Below are positions 9,401-17,635 of a stretch of 64,000 nt of DNA, one piece after another (the first letter of the stretch is position 1; each line of letters opens with the position of its first letter). Source of the stretch: an uncultured Planctomycetales bacterium (GTDB lineage Bacteria > Omnitrophota > Gorgyraeia > Zapsychrales > JANLHA01); the NCBI GenBank assembly GCA_964374105.1, contig CAYJXI010000004.1, positions 13,202-77,201 on the forward strand, given 5' to 3'. The notes under the pieces are model-generated. The model saw nothing but the letters and a program-made list of their open reading frames with translations, was not told where the DNA came from and did no database searches. A program made the translations under genes and the position numbers.

Positions 9401-12400
9401 TGGATTTAAAATTGACAACCGAAACTGAAGGCTTTAAAGATGTTATTGGAAAATCGGATTTGCAGAAAAAACCCGGGGTGACCTTTAATAAAAGACAGCT
9501 TATGCAATTTTGGGGACGATGGTCCAATGTCAAAAAAGTCCCAGGTAAAGAAGGGACGGCCTGGCGGGTGTTGATGGGGCTTTATTCGATTGGACTCCTT
9601 GAGGGGAAAAAGACAGATAAGGACTCCAAAATTTCCCAAGAATTTCGTTTGGTCAGTTGGTTAAGAGAAAAGGCACTGCGAGTCAAGGATATTGAAGAGT
9701 GGCTCATCTCCCAAGATCCTGAGCTCATTGAGGGAGAACTTAAAAAGGGCCATATCCAATATCGTGATTATAAAAGAGTTCGTAAGATTATTCAGCAATG
9801 GCAAAAAGATGTTAAACAAGGAAAGATTCCCAAGAGAAAAGAAATCCCGGAAGTGAAAAGAATGGGACGAGTTCCTGGGTATACCATTTATCATGCCTTA
9901 TTGGATATCATGAGCCTGGAAAAAGAATTAAGCAAAAAAGGAAAAGCTCCGGCCATGCGTTGGTCAGGATTGGAAATGGATGAGGGTCAAGAAAAGCTGG
10001 TGGATGATGCGGTTGCGAGTTATTTCGAAGGAGAGAAACTGATGGAAGGTCGATTGATCCTGCCGCGGGATGAAGAATTCAAGGTCCTGGATCCCGAAGG
10101 CGTCTTACGGGATAATGGGGTTAAGATATATTTTCTCCCCAATTTGATTGGTAAGATTACGCAGTTAGCCTCAGACCGTAAAATCAATAATCCCCCCATT
10201 GATCTTGTCAGTCACCCCGGTCGCACAAGAAGAAATATTTACATTGACTCAGCCTATTATGATTCAGTCTTAAAAAATCAAAGTAAGATTTGGAGAACGC
10301 AATGGGTTGCCCATGAACTGGCCCATATCGAAAACCCTGAGGCTGAGGAGATGACCATTCGAAAGATAGCTCCATTACCAACGGGTGAGAAAGTTGCTAA
10401 AGAAGCCCCTGTCAAACCGGAAAAGAAAAAAGCTGAAAAGAAAATAGAGAAACCTGAAAAACGAGAAGAAGAAAAGGAGAAGGTGGTAAAAGAAGAAGGG
10501 CTGATCACACTTAAGTCCTCGATTCGACGATTAGATTTTGGTCTTTTGCCAAATATTGCTGGACCTGTGTATGATTCTCTGGAGGAGGCGGGAATTAAAA
10601 CAGTGGAAGATCTCACTCAATGGAGCGAAGAAGATTTATTGAAGCTTAAATACATTAAGGCTAGTGTGCTACAGAGAATCAAAGATACATTATGGAAAGA
10701 AGTCAAAAAGAGATTAAAAGGGGAAGAGGAGAAAAAAGCGAAGCCAGAGAAAAAGAAGAAAGAAGAAAAGCCTATTGTGGAAGAAGGGCCGATAACGCTT
10801 GAGTCTTCGATTCGCAGATTGAATTTAGGGAAAAAACCATTTGTGTTGAAAGTCTACAAGGCCTTAGAATCAGCTGAGATTAAGACTATTGAGGATCTTA
10901 AGAATAAATCAGAAAATGAACTGTTAAAGATCAAGTGGATTGGGAAAGGAGTTGTGGCAAGAATAAAATCAGAACTGTTAAGCACGGTTGGGGAGACTTT
11001 AAAAGGCGAGGAGGTTAAAGAACCTCCTGAACCAATGGCTAAAAAGGGAGAGAAAAAAGAAGAGAAACCTCCCAAAAAAGAGAAACCGATTGACTTAACT
11101 GTTACAACCGAAACGCAAGGGTTTCAAGACATCTTTGGCAATCCCAATTTGCAAGGGAAACCCGGTGTGACCTTCACTAAAATCCAATTACAAGATTTAA
11201 TGGGGCGATGGTCAAATAAAGTTCCTTCTAAAGCTTCGGTAGCCCCGATTTCTTCCCGAATGACCATGGGGCTTTATAATGTTGGGTTACTCGAACGAAG
11301 AGGCAATGGTACCTCGCGAAGTCCTCATGAATATCGTCTGGTCAATTGGCTGAGGGAGAAAGGCTTAAAGTTGGATGATATTGAAGGGTGGTTAAATTCT
11401 CAGGATCCTGATTTAATGGAAAAAGAATTAGGCAAGGCCCATGTTCAATATGACGATCTCCCCAAGGTGCAAGAGTTGGTCAGAGCATGGAGGGTCCAAG
11501 TCGATTCTGGCAAAGCTGTAGAGAAAAAAGAACGTGAACCAGTCAAAAAATTTGGACGAATGGCCGGTTACACAATCTTTCATGCCCTGATTGATATCAT
11601 GAGTCTGGAAAAAGAATTAAGCAAACAAAAAGCTGAGGCTCCAAGCAAAGAGGCGGGTCCTAAGGTAGAAAAAAAGCCAAAGGAAAAAGAAAAGATTGCC
11701 AAACCCGGTACAACCCTACCGGAAAATGTCCTTAAGGCTTTACCATTTTTTGAAAAAATTTTGAAAAATCAAGTTACTGAAATTCCCCCAGAACAAATTC
11801 CTATTATGCGTGAGGTTTATAAGGATATTCTTCAAACATTTAGCAATATTAACGGTGATCCAGAAGCCTGGTTGAAGGCGCAGTTTAAGGTGGAAGAGGA
11901 TAACCTTGCGATTTTAATTTGGATCTATAATAAAAAACCAAAAATTGTCCAGTTTTTCTTGAAGGCATTGGAGGGAAGAGAAGAAGCCAAAAGAAAAAAA
12001 CCTATTAAAAAAGAGGAAGTCCCCAAGCCTGAAACAAAACCATTTTATCGAGAGAAGGGTGTACAACAATTTCTTGCGTCACCATCCTCGAAATTTATCC
12101 TTATATTCAATCAAAGCGGCTCAAAAAGAATTATTGATCTGAAGACCGCAGAGGATACGGGAATTCAGATTGAAGAGAAAGATGGGCCTAAGGCCCTAGA
12201 TGCAGTATTTTCACCAGAAGATCAATATCTAGTTGTTTGGTATGAATATGGGCCGGCTCGAATATGGGATTTAGAGAAGAAACAAGAACGCACGGATATT
12301 TCGATTGGCACCAACGAAGTCAGTCCGAAATTAATACCCGTCTTAGAACAAAGATATGGGAGGGGAACAGAAGCATTTAAACGTCAGCTGCGCAATGCCA

Positions 12401-15400
12401 AAGGTGTAAAAGCAGCCAAATTTTCCTTGGAAGGGAGGCGACTTTACATTCAGTATGCCAATTCCTTTGCCAAGGTGTTTGATGTGGAAACGGGTCAGGT
12501 CCTGGGTCCGGAGACAAAGACGCATGAACGGGCCATGTTTTCCCGCGATGGGACACTTTTAAAGGTTTGGCCTAAGCCAAAGAAGGGAGAAAGACGGGGG
12601 ATCTCCAAGCCAAATGTGATTGATATTAAGACTGGTGAGTTCAAGGGGGATCCTGGGAATGCCTTTGACTATGACGAGGAGGAAAATCCTCGTTTTGTTC
12701 ACCAAGTCCATGTTTATCCCCGTTTTTATGATCTGCCTCGTAAACCTATTTTCCTTAAAGTGTCACCCAATGGGAGATGGGTTTTATATTCGGATGGGCA
12801 AACTTATCTTCAAATATATGAGGTGGCGACAAAAAGGCTTCTTCCGATAACCTTTTCTAAAAATATCATTGATGGAAAAAGGGAGTTCCAAGTCGAGCCG
12901 ACCTTTACCGAGGATAACAAACTCCTTTTGAGTTTACGCCAATTTCGCGAAAGGATCTCAGGAAAACCCGATAGATGGGCAAGGTTAGATAGTCTGTTGA
13001 TTGATCTTGAGAACCCAACCGATATCAAAGAATTGCCCCGTAAGGCTTGGATTTCCTCAGATGGGAAGAAAATATTTGTTGTCACCAATATCGAACATGT
13101 TGAATCCGGCCCTCAATTACCTCGCCATCGCCTTTTGGAGGCCCTTGAGTTGAATGATACGGGTGTAGCTTTCCGGGATGATGTTAAATTAGAACTTCCT
13201 CAATTTACCTCCAATAGTAAAAAATTGATTGTCTATTTTGAAGATCAAGGGTTAGATGTGATTGATTTGGCTGTGGCCGAACCAAAGGTGATCAAAGAGG
13301 AAATTCTCCCGGAACCTGCGAAAGCAAAGGGTATTAAAGAAATTGACCTTGATGAATTCTTAAAAAAGATAGAAGGAACCCCTAATGATATCCCCTATAA
13401 AGTCTTGGATTGGATCACAGAGCAGAAAACACCCTTAAGATTTGAAGATCCCCCAAGGGCCCCACCGGTTTTTGAAGCTCTTTCTATTTACGATATCCCT
13501 GGGAAAGGAAGCCGATCCTTAGAGAAACTCTTAGAAGATAGCAAATTTCATAAACGGATAGGAGAGCATTTCATTTATCAAAGGGACGATGGGAGTTATT
13601 TGGTTATTCGATTCTTAAAAGAAGGGGAGGACCCTGGGCGGCTCCTCTATGAAAGCAAATGGTTTGATTATTTGCAGGAATTAAAGGACAGAGGGATAAA
13701 ACTCAATGGGAGTTACCCCAAAGCTGTCCTTTTAGACAATGAGCGGGTGGTGCGTTTAAGTCCACAGAAATTACCCGAAAGATTAGCAGATAACATACAA
13801 TTTTTTAAGGATGAGTCGGTTCAATTGCACTCAAGGGAGGAGGGGGATACATCTGGAATATCGATTTATACGCTTATGGCGTATAAAATCAGAGATTTGG
13901 ATTATGTGATTCCTTTGCCGGATGCCAAGCCCATTGACCAATCCATTCGGATCAACCTCCATGACTTATCTTTATTGCTTCGTTTGGGTTTGGTGAATCC
14001 AGAAATCATTAATCTTTTAAGCCGAAGCAGGATCAATGGGGGAGTGCATGAATCATTTTTGTGGATGGCGGAAATTTTACATGATGCCGAATGGAATAAA
14101 CGGGCAGAACGGCATAAGCTTTTTGAACTCGAAAGTTCGATCATCCAGGTCAAGATGAAGGCCAGTGGTCCTGGAAATTTTGCGGGTATGGTCAAGATCA
14201 ATGACTTAATCGAGTTGAAACCGCCGCTGGTGGATTTTAAGCAACTAGAAACCTATTCGGCGGATGATCGGACGAAACTTCTTTCTGTCTATTTTGTCGG
14301 GAATTATCTGATTGCAAGCATCTTAAGTGAGGCTAAAAGTTTACGGGAAGAATTTAAATTGAATGAGAATAGTCCTGACCATATGACAAAATTTGCCGAA
14401 CGTTTAAAATCAATCTATACAAACGCTTATGTATCCTTTAACAATAAACCAATACCCACCAAGATATTTTCTCTCATCAATTGGCAAGAATTGGCTCGAC
14501 AGATAGCTCAATTCATGACGGACAAGAGCCCTGAGGCGGTTAAACATCAAAGATTACCCTCGGAATTCCTCAAAGCCAACTATATTTTTACCGCCTTTAT
14601 GGTGGAAGATTTTGCCATGACCCATGGTAAAAGAGATCAGGCGATGTTGACAGGAATAGATTTAGAATCTGCCAAAGAGCAAGTCTCTTCCATACTGAGT
14701 GAATTTAATAATTGGGCACAGTCGTTTCGGGGGGAATATGATCCGGTCAAGTTATTCAGTGAAATTAGGGCGCAGATGACCACTTCTCAAGCATTGGCGG
14801 CATTTATCAAGCAAAATTTAGAAAAATTATTTCAGATCCGAAAGGAATTAACTGATAAAAAAGAGCTAGATAGTTTAAAGAGTTCGGTTTTAAGACAAAC
14901 CATTTCCAAATTGGATACACTTTTGTATCAATTGACTGGTGAACCGGCCTTCGTTTCTTTTGAAGGTTTTCTAGAGGCTTTTAGAGACAAGAAATCCCCA
15001 TTTTTTACATTAAAACCCGAAACAAGGTTAACCATCACCACCCAAGATACAAGGGAGTACAAATTCGCTTTTCGTCAATTTGATAATAACTTTGTCCCCA
15101 ACGCTATTTACGGGACAAAAGGAGAAACGGTTTACAATAACCATTACGGGCCAAAAGGAGAAGTCATTATCAGGGATTATATAACAAGCATTAAGGTCGG
15201 AATGGTTGATCAGGCGATAGTGACAAGGAAAGAACAACCCCCAACTCCAGGAACATTTACCAAAGGTGGGATTGATTTGAATCCAGAATTGCTAGATCTT
15301 CAAATCAAACGGGATGGGAAAGGAGTCCCGTTACCCTTGCTCCAACAACCTATCCAAGATATGAAGATTGAAGGCTTTTTACCGATCATCATCAATGTGG

Positions 15401-15582
15401 CGCCCGTCAACCTGCCTTTGCTTCTGGGAGTAGCGGAACCTGGAAAAAAGAAAGAAGACAAAGAGGCAGCACCTACCCCTCTGGATAGTGATTTAGGCTA
15501 TACGTCTCCTAGAGGCGTGGATTTGGTTAATAAGCGCTCAAAGAATTTCTATGCTAAGAAATTGAGTTTGGTCCTTCCTTAG
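6424..15582 (+). CDS. Giant (3052-aa) secreted or surface protein with internally duplicated modules. The true start is possibly GTG 6439, preceded by GAGGTG.
   Basis: Uninterrupted 9.16-kb ORF. The N-terminal hydrophobic signal-peptide-like segment is FFCFSFFLSSIIPPYSLSYA. It carries two HELAH-containing modules, four HhH modules resembling the RNAP alpha C-terminal domain, three copies of an approximately 190-aa module, a Lys/Glu-rich linker and a TolB/WD40-like region. It is followed by a strong intrinsic terminator. Confidence 0.8.
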   Translation: MRCQKVINFIERKRNPNIYRFITGFFCFSFFLSSIIPPYSLSYAQTFPQYLPNQFPNLSGYSILNLPTPGTMITMSDEFIPVLVKGITLYPNNPLQFDFIVDTGDTDLEGEELKTESSKLIKYFLASLTVPEEELWVNLSPYEKDRIIPEGLGITEMGKDLLAQDYILKQLTASLIYPENDLGKEFWARVYKKAQEKYGSTNIPINTFNKVWILPDRAVVYEHEGSAFVVERHLKVMLEEDYLSLQNNLGNEKLGTHQLKETDVKNLSNISGEVVREVLIPEIEKEVNEGKNFANLRQIYNSMILATWYKKNLKESLLGQVYMDQNKTKGVDVDDKLIKQKIYDQYIAAFKQGVYNYIKEDVDPLTQDLIPKKYFSGGAMGVWAEQLIELQGSLENQPPRVVQAVTKPRGKHRKITWEALDVGTNARPEVVDELAKVFRGPAMRLSGLGLDENQEKLVDDTIATYFEGERLKSGRLLLPRDEEYQLLDPDGALRDNGVKIYLLPGLINKILQLADQRKILNPPIDLISHPGPTRRNIYIDPAYFESILKLQPKIWLSQWAVHELAHIEHPEAEEKEILKMAPIPGVTLAEEKPERLKSKEERKKQKEFKKPIFKRPVTLKSSIRELDFGLFPNIARPVYASLEEAGIKTVGDFRNWTEEDLSKLKYIKGRVVKRIKDTLLREVKVKLKGEEEKKAKPVTKKKKEEKTVKEEGPITLKSSIRRLNLGKRPFSDKVFKALESSGIFTIKDLKNKSVEELFKIKWIGTDVVLRIKTELVRTVGENLKGEVWPEVKPAVKKEKKIDLTVTTETEGFSDVYGKSYLQGNSGVSFTKVQLRELMGRWSEKVPSKASVAPISSRMTMGLFNIGLLERLGNGTPGRPYQYRLVSWLREKALKLDNIEEWLSSQDPRLIENELQKAHVRYRNIPKVQSLVKKWERDVKKGKAPAKKEVAAARIFGRVPGYTIYDALLDIMYLEKELSGKKGKAPRVSEKQAVDLKLTTETEGFKDVIGKSDLQKKPGVTFNKRQLMQFWGRWSNVKKVPGKEGTAWRVLMGLYSIGLLEGKKTDKDSKISQEFRLVSWLREKALRVKDIEEWLISQDPELIEGELKKGHIQYRDYKRVRKIIQQWQKDVKQGKIPKRKEIPEVKRMGRVPGYTIYHALLDIMSLEKELSKKGKAPAMRWSGLEMDEGQEKLVDDAVASYFEGEKLMEGRLILPRDEEFKVLDPEGVLRDNGVKIYFLPNLIGKITQLASDRKINNPPIDLVSHPGRTRRNIYIDSAYYDSVLKNQSKIWRTQWVAHELAHIENPEAEEMTIRKIAPLPTGEKVAKEAPVKPEKKKAEKKIEKPEKREEEKEKVVKEEGLITLKSSIRRLDFGLLPNIAGPVYDSLEEAGIKTVEDLTQWSEEDLLKLKYIKASVLQRIKDTLWKEVKKRLKGEEEKKAKPEKKKKEEKPIVEEGPITLESSIRRLNLGKKPFVLKVYKALESAEIKTIEDLKNKSENELLKIKWIGKGVVARIKSELLSTVGETLKGEEVKEPPEPMAKKGEKKEEKPPKKEKPIDLTVTTETQGFQDIFGNPNLQGKPGVTFTKIQLQDLMGRWSNKVPSKASVAPISSRMTMGLYNVGLLERRGNGTSRSPHEYRLVNWLREKGLKLDDIEGWLNSQDPDLMEKELGKAHVQYDDLPKVQELVRAWRVQVDSGKAVEKKEREPVKKFGRMAGYTIFHALIDIMSLEKELSKQKAEAPSKEAGPKVEKKPKEKEKIAKPGTTLPENVLKALPFFEKILKNQVTEIPPEQIPIMREVYKDILQTFSNINGDPEAWLKAQFKVEEDNLAILIWIYNKKPKIVQFFLKALEGREEAKRKKPIKKEEVPKPETKPFYREKGVQQFLASPSSKFILIFNQSGSKRIIDLKTAEDTGIQIEEKDGPKALDAVFSPEDQYLVVWYEYGPARIWDLEKKQERTDISIGTNEVSPKLIPVLEQRYGRGTEAFKRQLRNAKGVKAAKFSLEGRRLYIQYANSFAKVFDVETGQVLGPETKTHERAMFSRDGTLLKVWPKPKKGERRGISKPNVIDIKTGEFKGDPGNAFDYDEEENPRFVHQVHVYPRFYDLPRKPIFLKVSPNGRWVLYSDGQTYLQIYEVATKRLLPITFSKNIIDGKREFQVEPTFTEDNKLLLSLRQFRERISGKPDRWARLDSLLIDLENPTDIKELPRKAWISSDGKKIFVVTNIEHVESGPQLPRHRLLEALELNDTGVAFRDDVKLELPQFTSNSKKLIVYFEDQGLDVIDLAVAEPKVIKEEILPEPAKAKGIKEIDLDEFLKKIEGTPNDIPYKVLDWITEQKTPLRFEDPPRAPPVFEALSIYDIPGKGSRSLEKLLEDSKFHKRIGEHFIYQRDDGSYLVIRFLKEGEDPGRLLYESKWFDYLQELKDRGIKLNGSYPKAVLLDNERVVRLSPQKLPERLADNIQFFKDESVQLHSREEGDTSGISIYTLMAYKIRDLDYVIPLPDAKPIDQSIRINLHDLSLLLRLGLVNPEIINLLSRSRINGGVHESFLWMAEILHDAEWNKRAERHKLFELESSIIQVKMKASGPGNFAGMVKINDLIELKPPLVDFKQLETYSADDRTKLLSVYFVGNYLIASILSEAKSLREEFKLNENSPDHMTKFAERLKSIYTNAYVSFNNKPIPTKIFSLINWQELARQIAQFMTDKSPEAVKHQRLPSEFLKANYIFTAFMVEDFAMTHGKRDQAMLTGIDLESAKEQVSSILSEFNNWAQSFRGEYDPVKLFSEIRAQMTTSQALAAFIKQNLEKLFQIRKELTDKKELDSLKSSVLRQTISKLDTLLYQLTGEPAFVSFEGFLEAFRDKKSPFFTLKPETRLTITTQDTREYKFAFRQFDNNFVPNAIYGTKGETVYNNHYGPKGEVIIRDYITSIKVGMVDQAIVTRKEQPPTPGTFTKGGIDLNPELLDLQIKRDGKGVPLPLLQQPIQDMKIEGFLPIIINVAPVNLPLLLGVAEPGKKKEDKEAAPTPLDSDLGYTSPRGVDLVNKRSKNFYAKKLSLVLP

Positions 15583-15611
15583 ATTGTTTGTTAAGGAGAT
15601 TTTTACTAAAG

Positions 15612-15640
15612 GCAACCTAAGATTTAGGTTGCTTTTTTTT
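15612..15640 (+). terminator. Rho-independent terminator of the giant gene
   Basis: GCAACCTAA-GAT-TTAGGTTGC: a 9-bp perfect stem and 3-nt loop followed by T8, located 30 nt after the stop codon. Confidence 0.8.
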
Positions 15641-15745
15641 ACTACAAAAAACCACCTCATGCCTACGAAAGCAGGCATCAACAAGAAGGACCTTATTACA
15701 CAAGAGTGGATTCCTGTTTACACAGGATTGACTCATAAAATTTAA

Positions 15746-15774
15746 TTGACAAATCAGTCTATTTTGCGATAATG
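15746..15774 (+). promoter_or_regulatory. Candidate sigma70-type promoter for rpsA
   Basis: TTGACA (15746-15751), a 16-nt spacer, then GATAAT. It lies about 85 nt upstream of the rpsA start. Confidence 0.35.
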
Positions 15775-15855
15775 GGTGCACTTTAGAGCTTGGTAAAGGT
15801 TAATCTTTGTCAAATTCTAAAGAATTTTTATAGAAAAGAGAGGTTTATTTAAGGT

Positions 15856-17412
15856 ATGAATGAAAATCACCGTTCATCGTTAGAATCCCTGTATGACAGC
15901 ACTTTAAAGTCTATTCGGGAAGGAGAGATTGTCAAAGGAAATATTGTTGCCATCAGCAGAAGTGAGGTTGTGGTTGATATTGGTTTTAAATCGGAAGGTT
16001 TTGTCCCTATCGAAGAATTCCGAAACAAAGAAGATTTGGAAATCAACAAAGAGGTGGAAGTCCTTATTGAATCCGTTGAAGATGAAGAAGGCCGACTGGT
16101 TCTATCGAAGTTGAAAGCCGAGAGAGTTAAGGGATGGCAAAAATTTATGGTGGATATTAACGAAGGAGACATCGTGGAGGGACGTGTGATCAAATTGGTT
16201 AAGGGCGGTTATATGGTGGATATCAGTGGTGTGGAAGGGTTTCTCCCTATGTCTTTATCCGCTTTTAAAGGATATTCTTCGGACGCAATCATGTCGCATA
16301 AATATCGTTTCCAAGTAGCCAAGATCAATAAACAAAGACGGAATCTCATCCTTTCTCGTCGAGATGTTGTTCAGAAAGACCGGGATATGGTGAGGGAAAA
16401 ACTTTGGAGTGAATTGCAAAAAGGACAACGTCGTAAAGGAATCATCAAAGGGATTACCGATTTTGGAGCCTTCATTGATTTAGGTGGGGTAGATGGATTA
16501 TTGCATATTACGGATATGAGCTGGTCACGGATCAATCACCCTACCGAAATTGTCAAGGTGGGTGATCAAATTGAGGTGCTGATTTTAGATTTTGATAAAG
16601 AAAATTCAAAGGTCTCCTTAGGGTTAAAACAGATCACTTCCAATCCCTGGGAGGATATTTATGATAAATATCCGGCAGGGTCTAAGGTGAGGGGCAAAGT
16701 CGTTAACATCATGCCTTACGGTGTTTTTGTGGAAATAGATAAAGGGATTGAAGGGCTTCTTCACTCCTCGGAAGTTTCTTGGCAAAAGAAGCTTGTCAAC
16801 CCTCAGGAGATTTTTAAATTAGGAGATTTGATCGATGTTGTGATTATCAATGTGGATAAGGATTCTAAGCGGATAAGTTTAAGTATGAAACAGCTAGAAA
16901 ATAACCCTTGGTTGGAGGCACAGAAAAATTATCCTATCGGTACCAAAGTCAAAGGGACAGTCAGAGGTTTTACGGATTACGGGGCATTCGTTGAATTGGA
17001 ATCGGGCTTAGAGGGAATGATTCATGTCTCAGATATGTCTTGGACTAAAAAAGTAAACCATCCTCAAGATATCTTGCAAAAAGGACAACAAATTGAGGTA
17101 ATGGTCTTGGGTATTGATCCCGAGAATCGAAAGATCACCTTAGGGTTAAAACAGCTTTTTGAGAATCCCTGGCCGGAAATTGTCCAAAAATACCCGGTGG
17201 GTTCAGAGGTAGATGCCGAGGTCGTCTTAAATTCAAATTTTGGTGTTTTTGTGAGACTGGATGGGGAAGTGGAGGCCTTGGTTTACTCTTCGGAAATTGA
17301 TAAAGAACAAGCGGTCTCTTTAAAGCCAGGTGATAAATTAAGGGTTAAGATTATCAAAGTGGATGCGGAACAAATGAAGATTGGGGTAAGCACCCGGTTA
17401 TCTCCATCCTAA
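15856..17412 (+). CDS. rpsA: 30S ribosomal protein S1
   Basis: 518 aa with multiple tandem S1 (OB) domains carrying repeated GxV.G.V..I..fGaFV.l motifs. Confidence 0.85.
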   Translation: MNENHRSSLESLYDSTLKSIREGEIVKGNIVAISRSEVVVDIGFKSEGFVPIEEFRNKEDLEINKEVEVLIESVEDEEGRLVLSKLKAERVKGWQKFMVDINEGDIVEGRVIKLVKGGYMVDISGVEGFLPMSLSAFKGYSSDAIMSHKYRFQVAKINKQRRNLILSRRDVVQKDRDMVREKLWSELQKGQRRKGIIKGITDFGAFIDLGGVDGLLHITDMSWSRINHPTEIVKVGDQIEVLILDFDKENSKVSLGLKQITSNPWEDIYDKYPAGSKVRGKVVNIMPYGVFVEIDKGIEGLLHSSEVSWQKKLVNPQEIFKLGDLIDVVIINVDKDSKRISLSMKQLENNPWLEAQKNYPIGTKVKGTVRGFTDYGAFVELESGLEGMIHVSDMSWTKKVNHPQDILQKGQQIEVMVLGIDPENRKITLGLKQLFENPWPEIVQKYPVGSEVDAEVVLNSNFGVFVRLDGEVEALVYSSEIDKEQAVSLKPGDKLRVKIIKVDAEQMKIGVSTRLSPS

Positions 17413-17635
17413 ACATTTAAGGATTAGTTAGTGATTAATTATTGAATTAAACGAATAGCTTAATTGCGATCGGTTACGAGCTTTCAAGGAAAGATTCTTA
17501 AAGATTGTCAATAATTTAAACCTGCCGATTGAGTTAATTCAAACAAAAACAAAGTAACACATTAGTTCCAATAAGTTTTTCCAATTACCCAAAGCGATTA
17601 ATAATAATTTACTTTCTTAAGCGGAATTTTTTACC

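Noticed and set aside
7747-11700. Repeated blocks considered as a CRISPR array or IS-derived repeats
   Set aside because: The repeats are 400-600-bp in-frame protein modules with no short direct repeat and spacer periodicity. No cas, transposase or integrase genes or terminal inverted repeats occur anywhere in the window.
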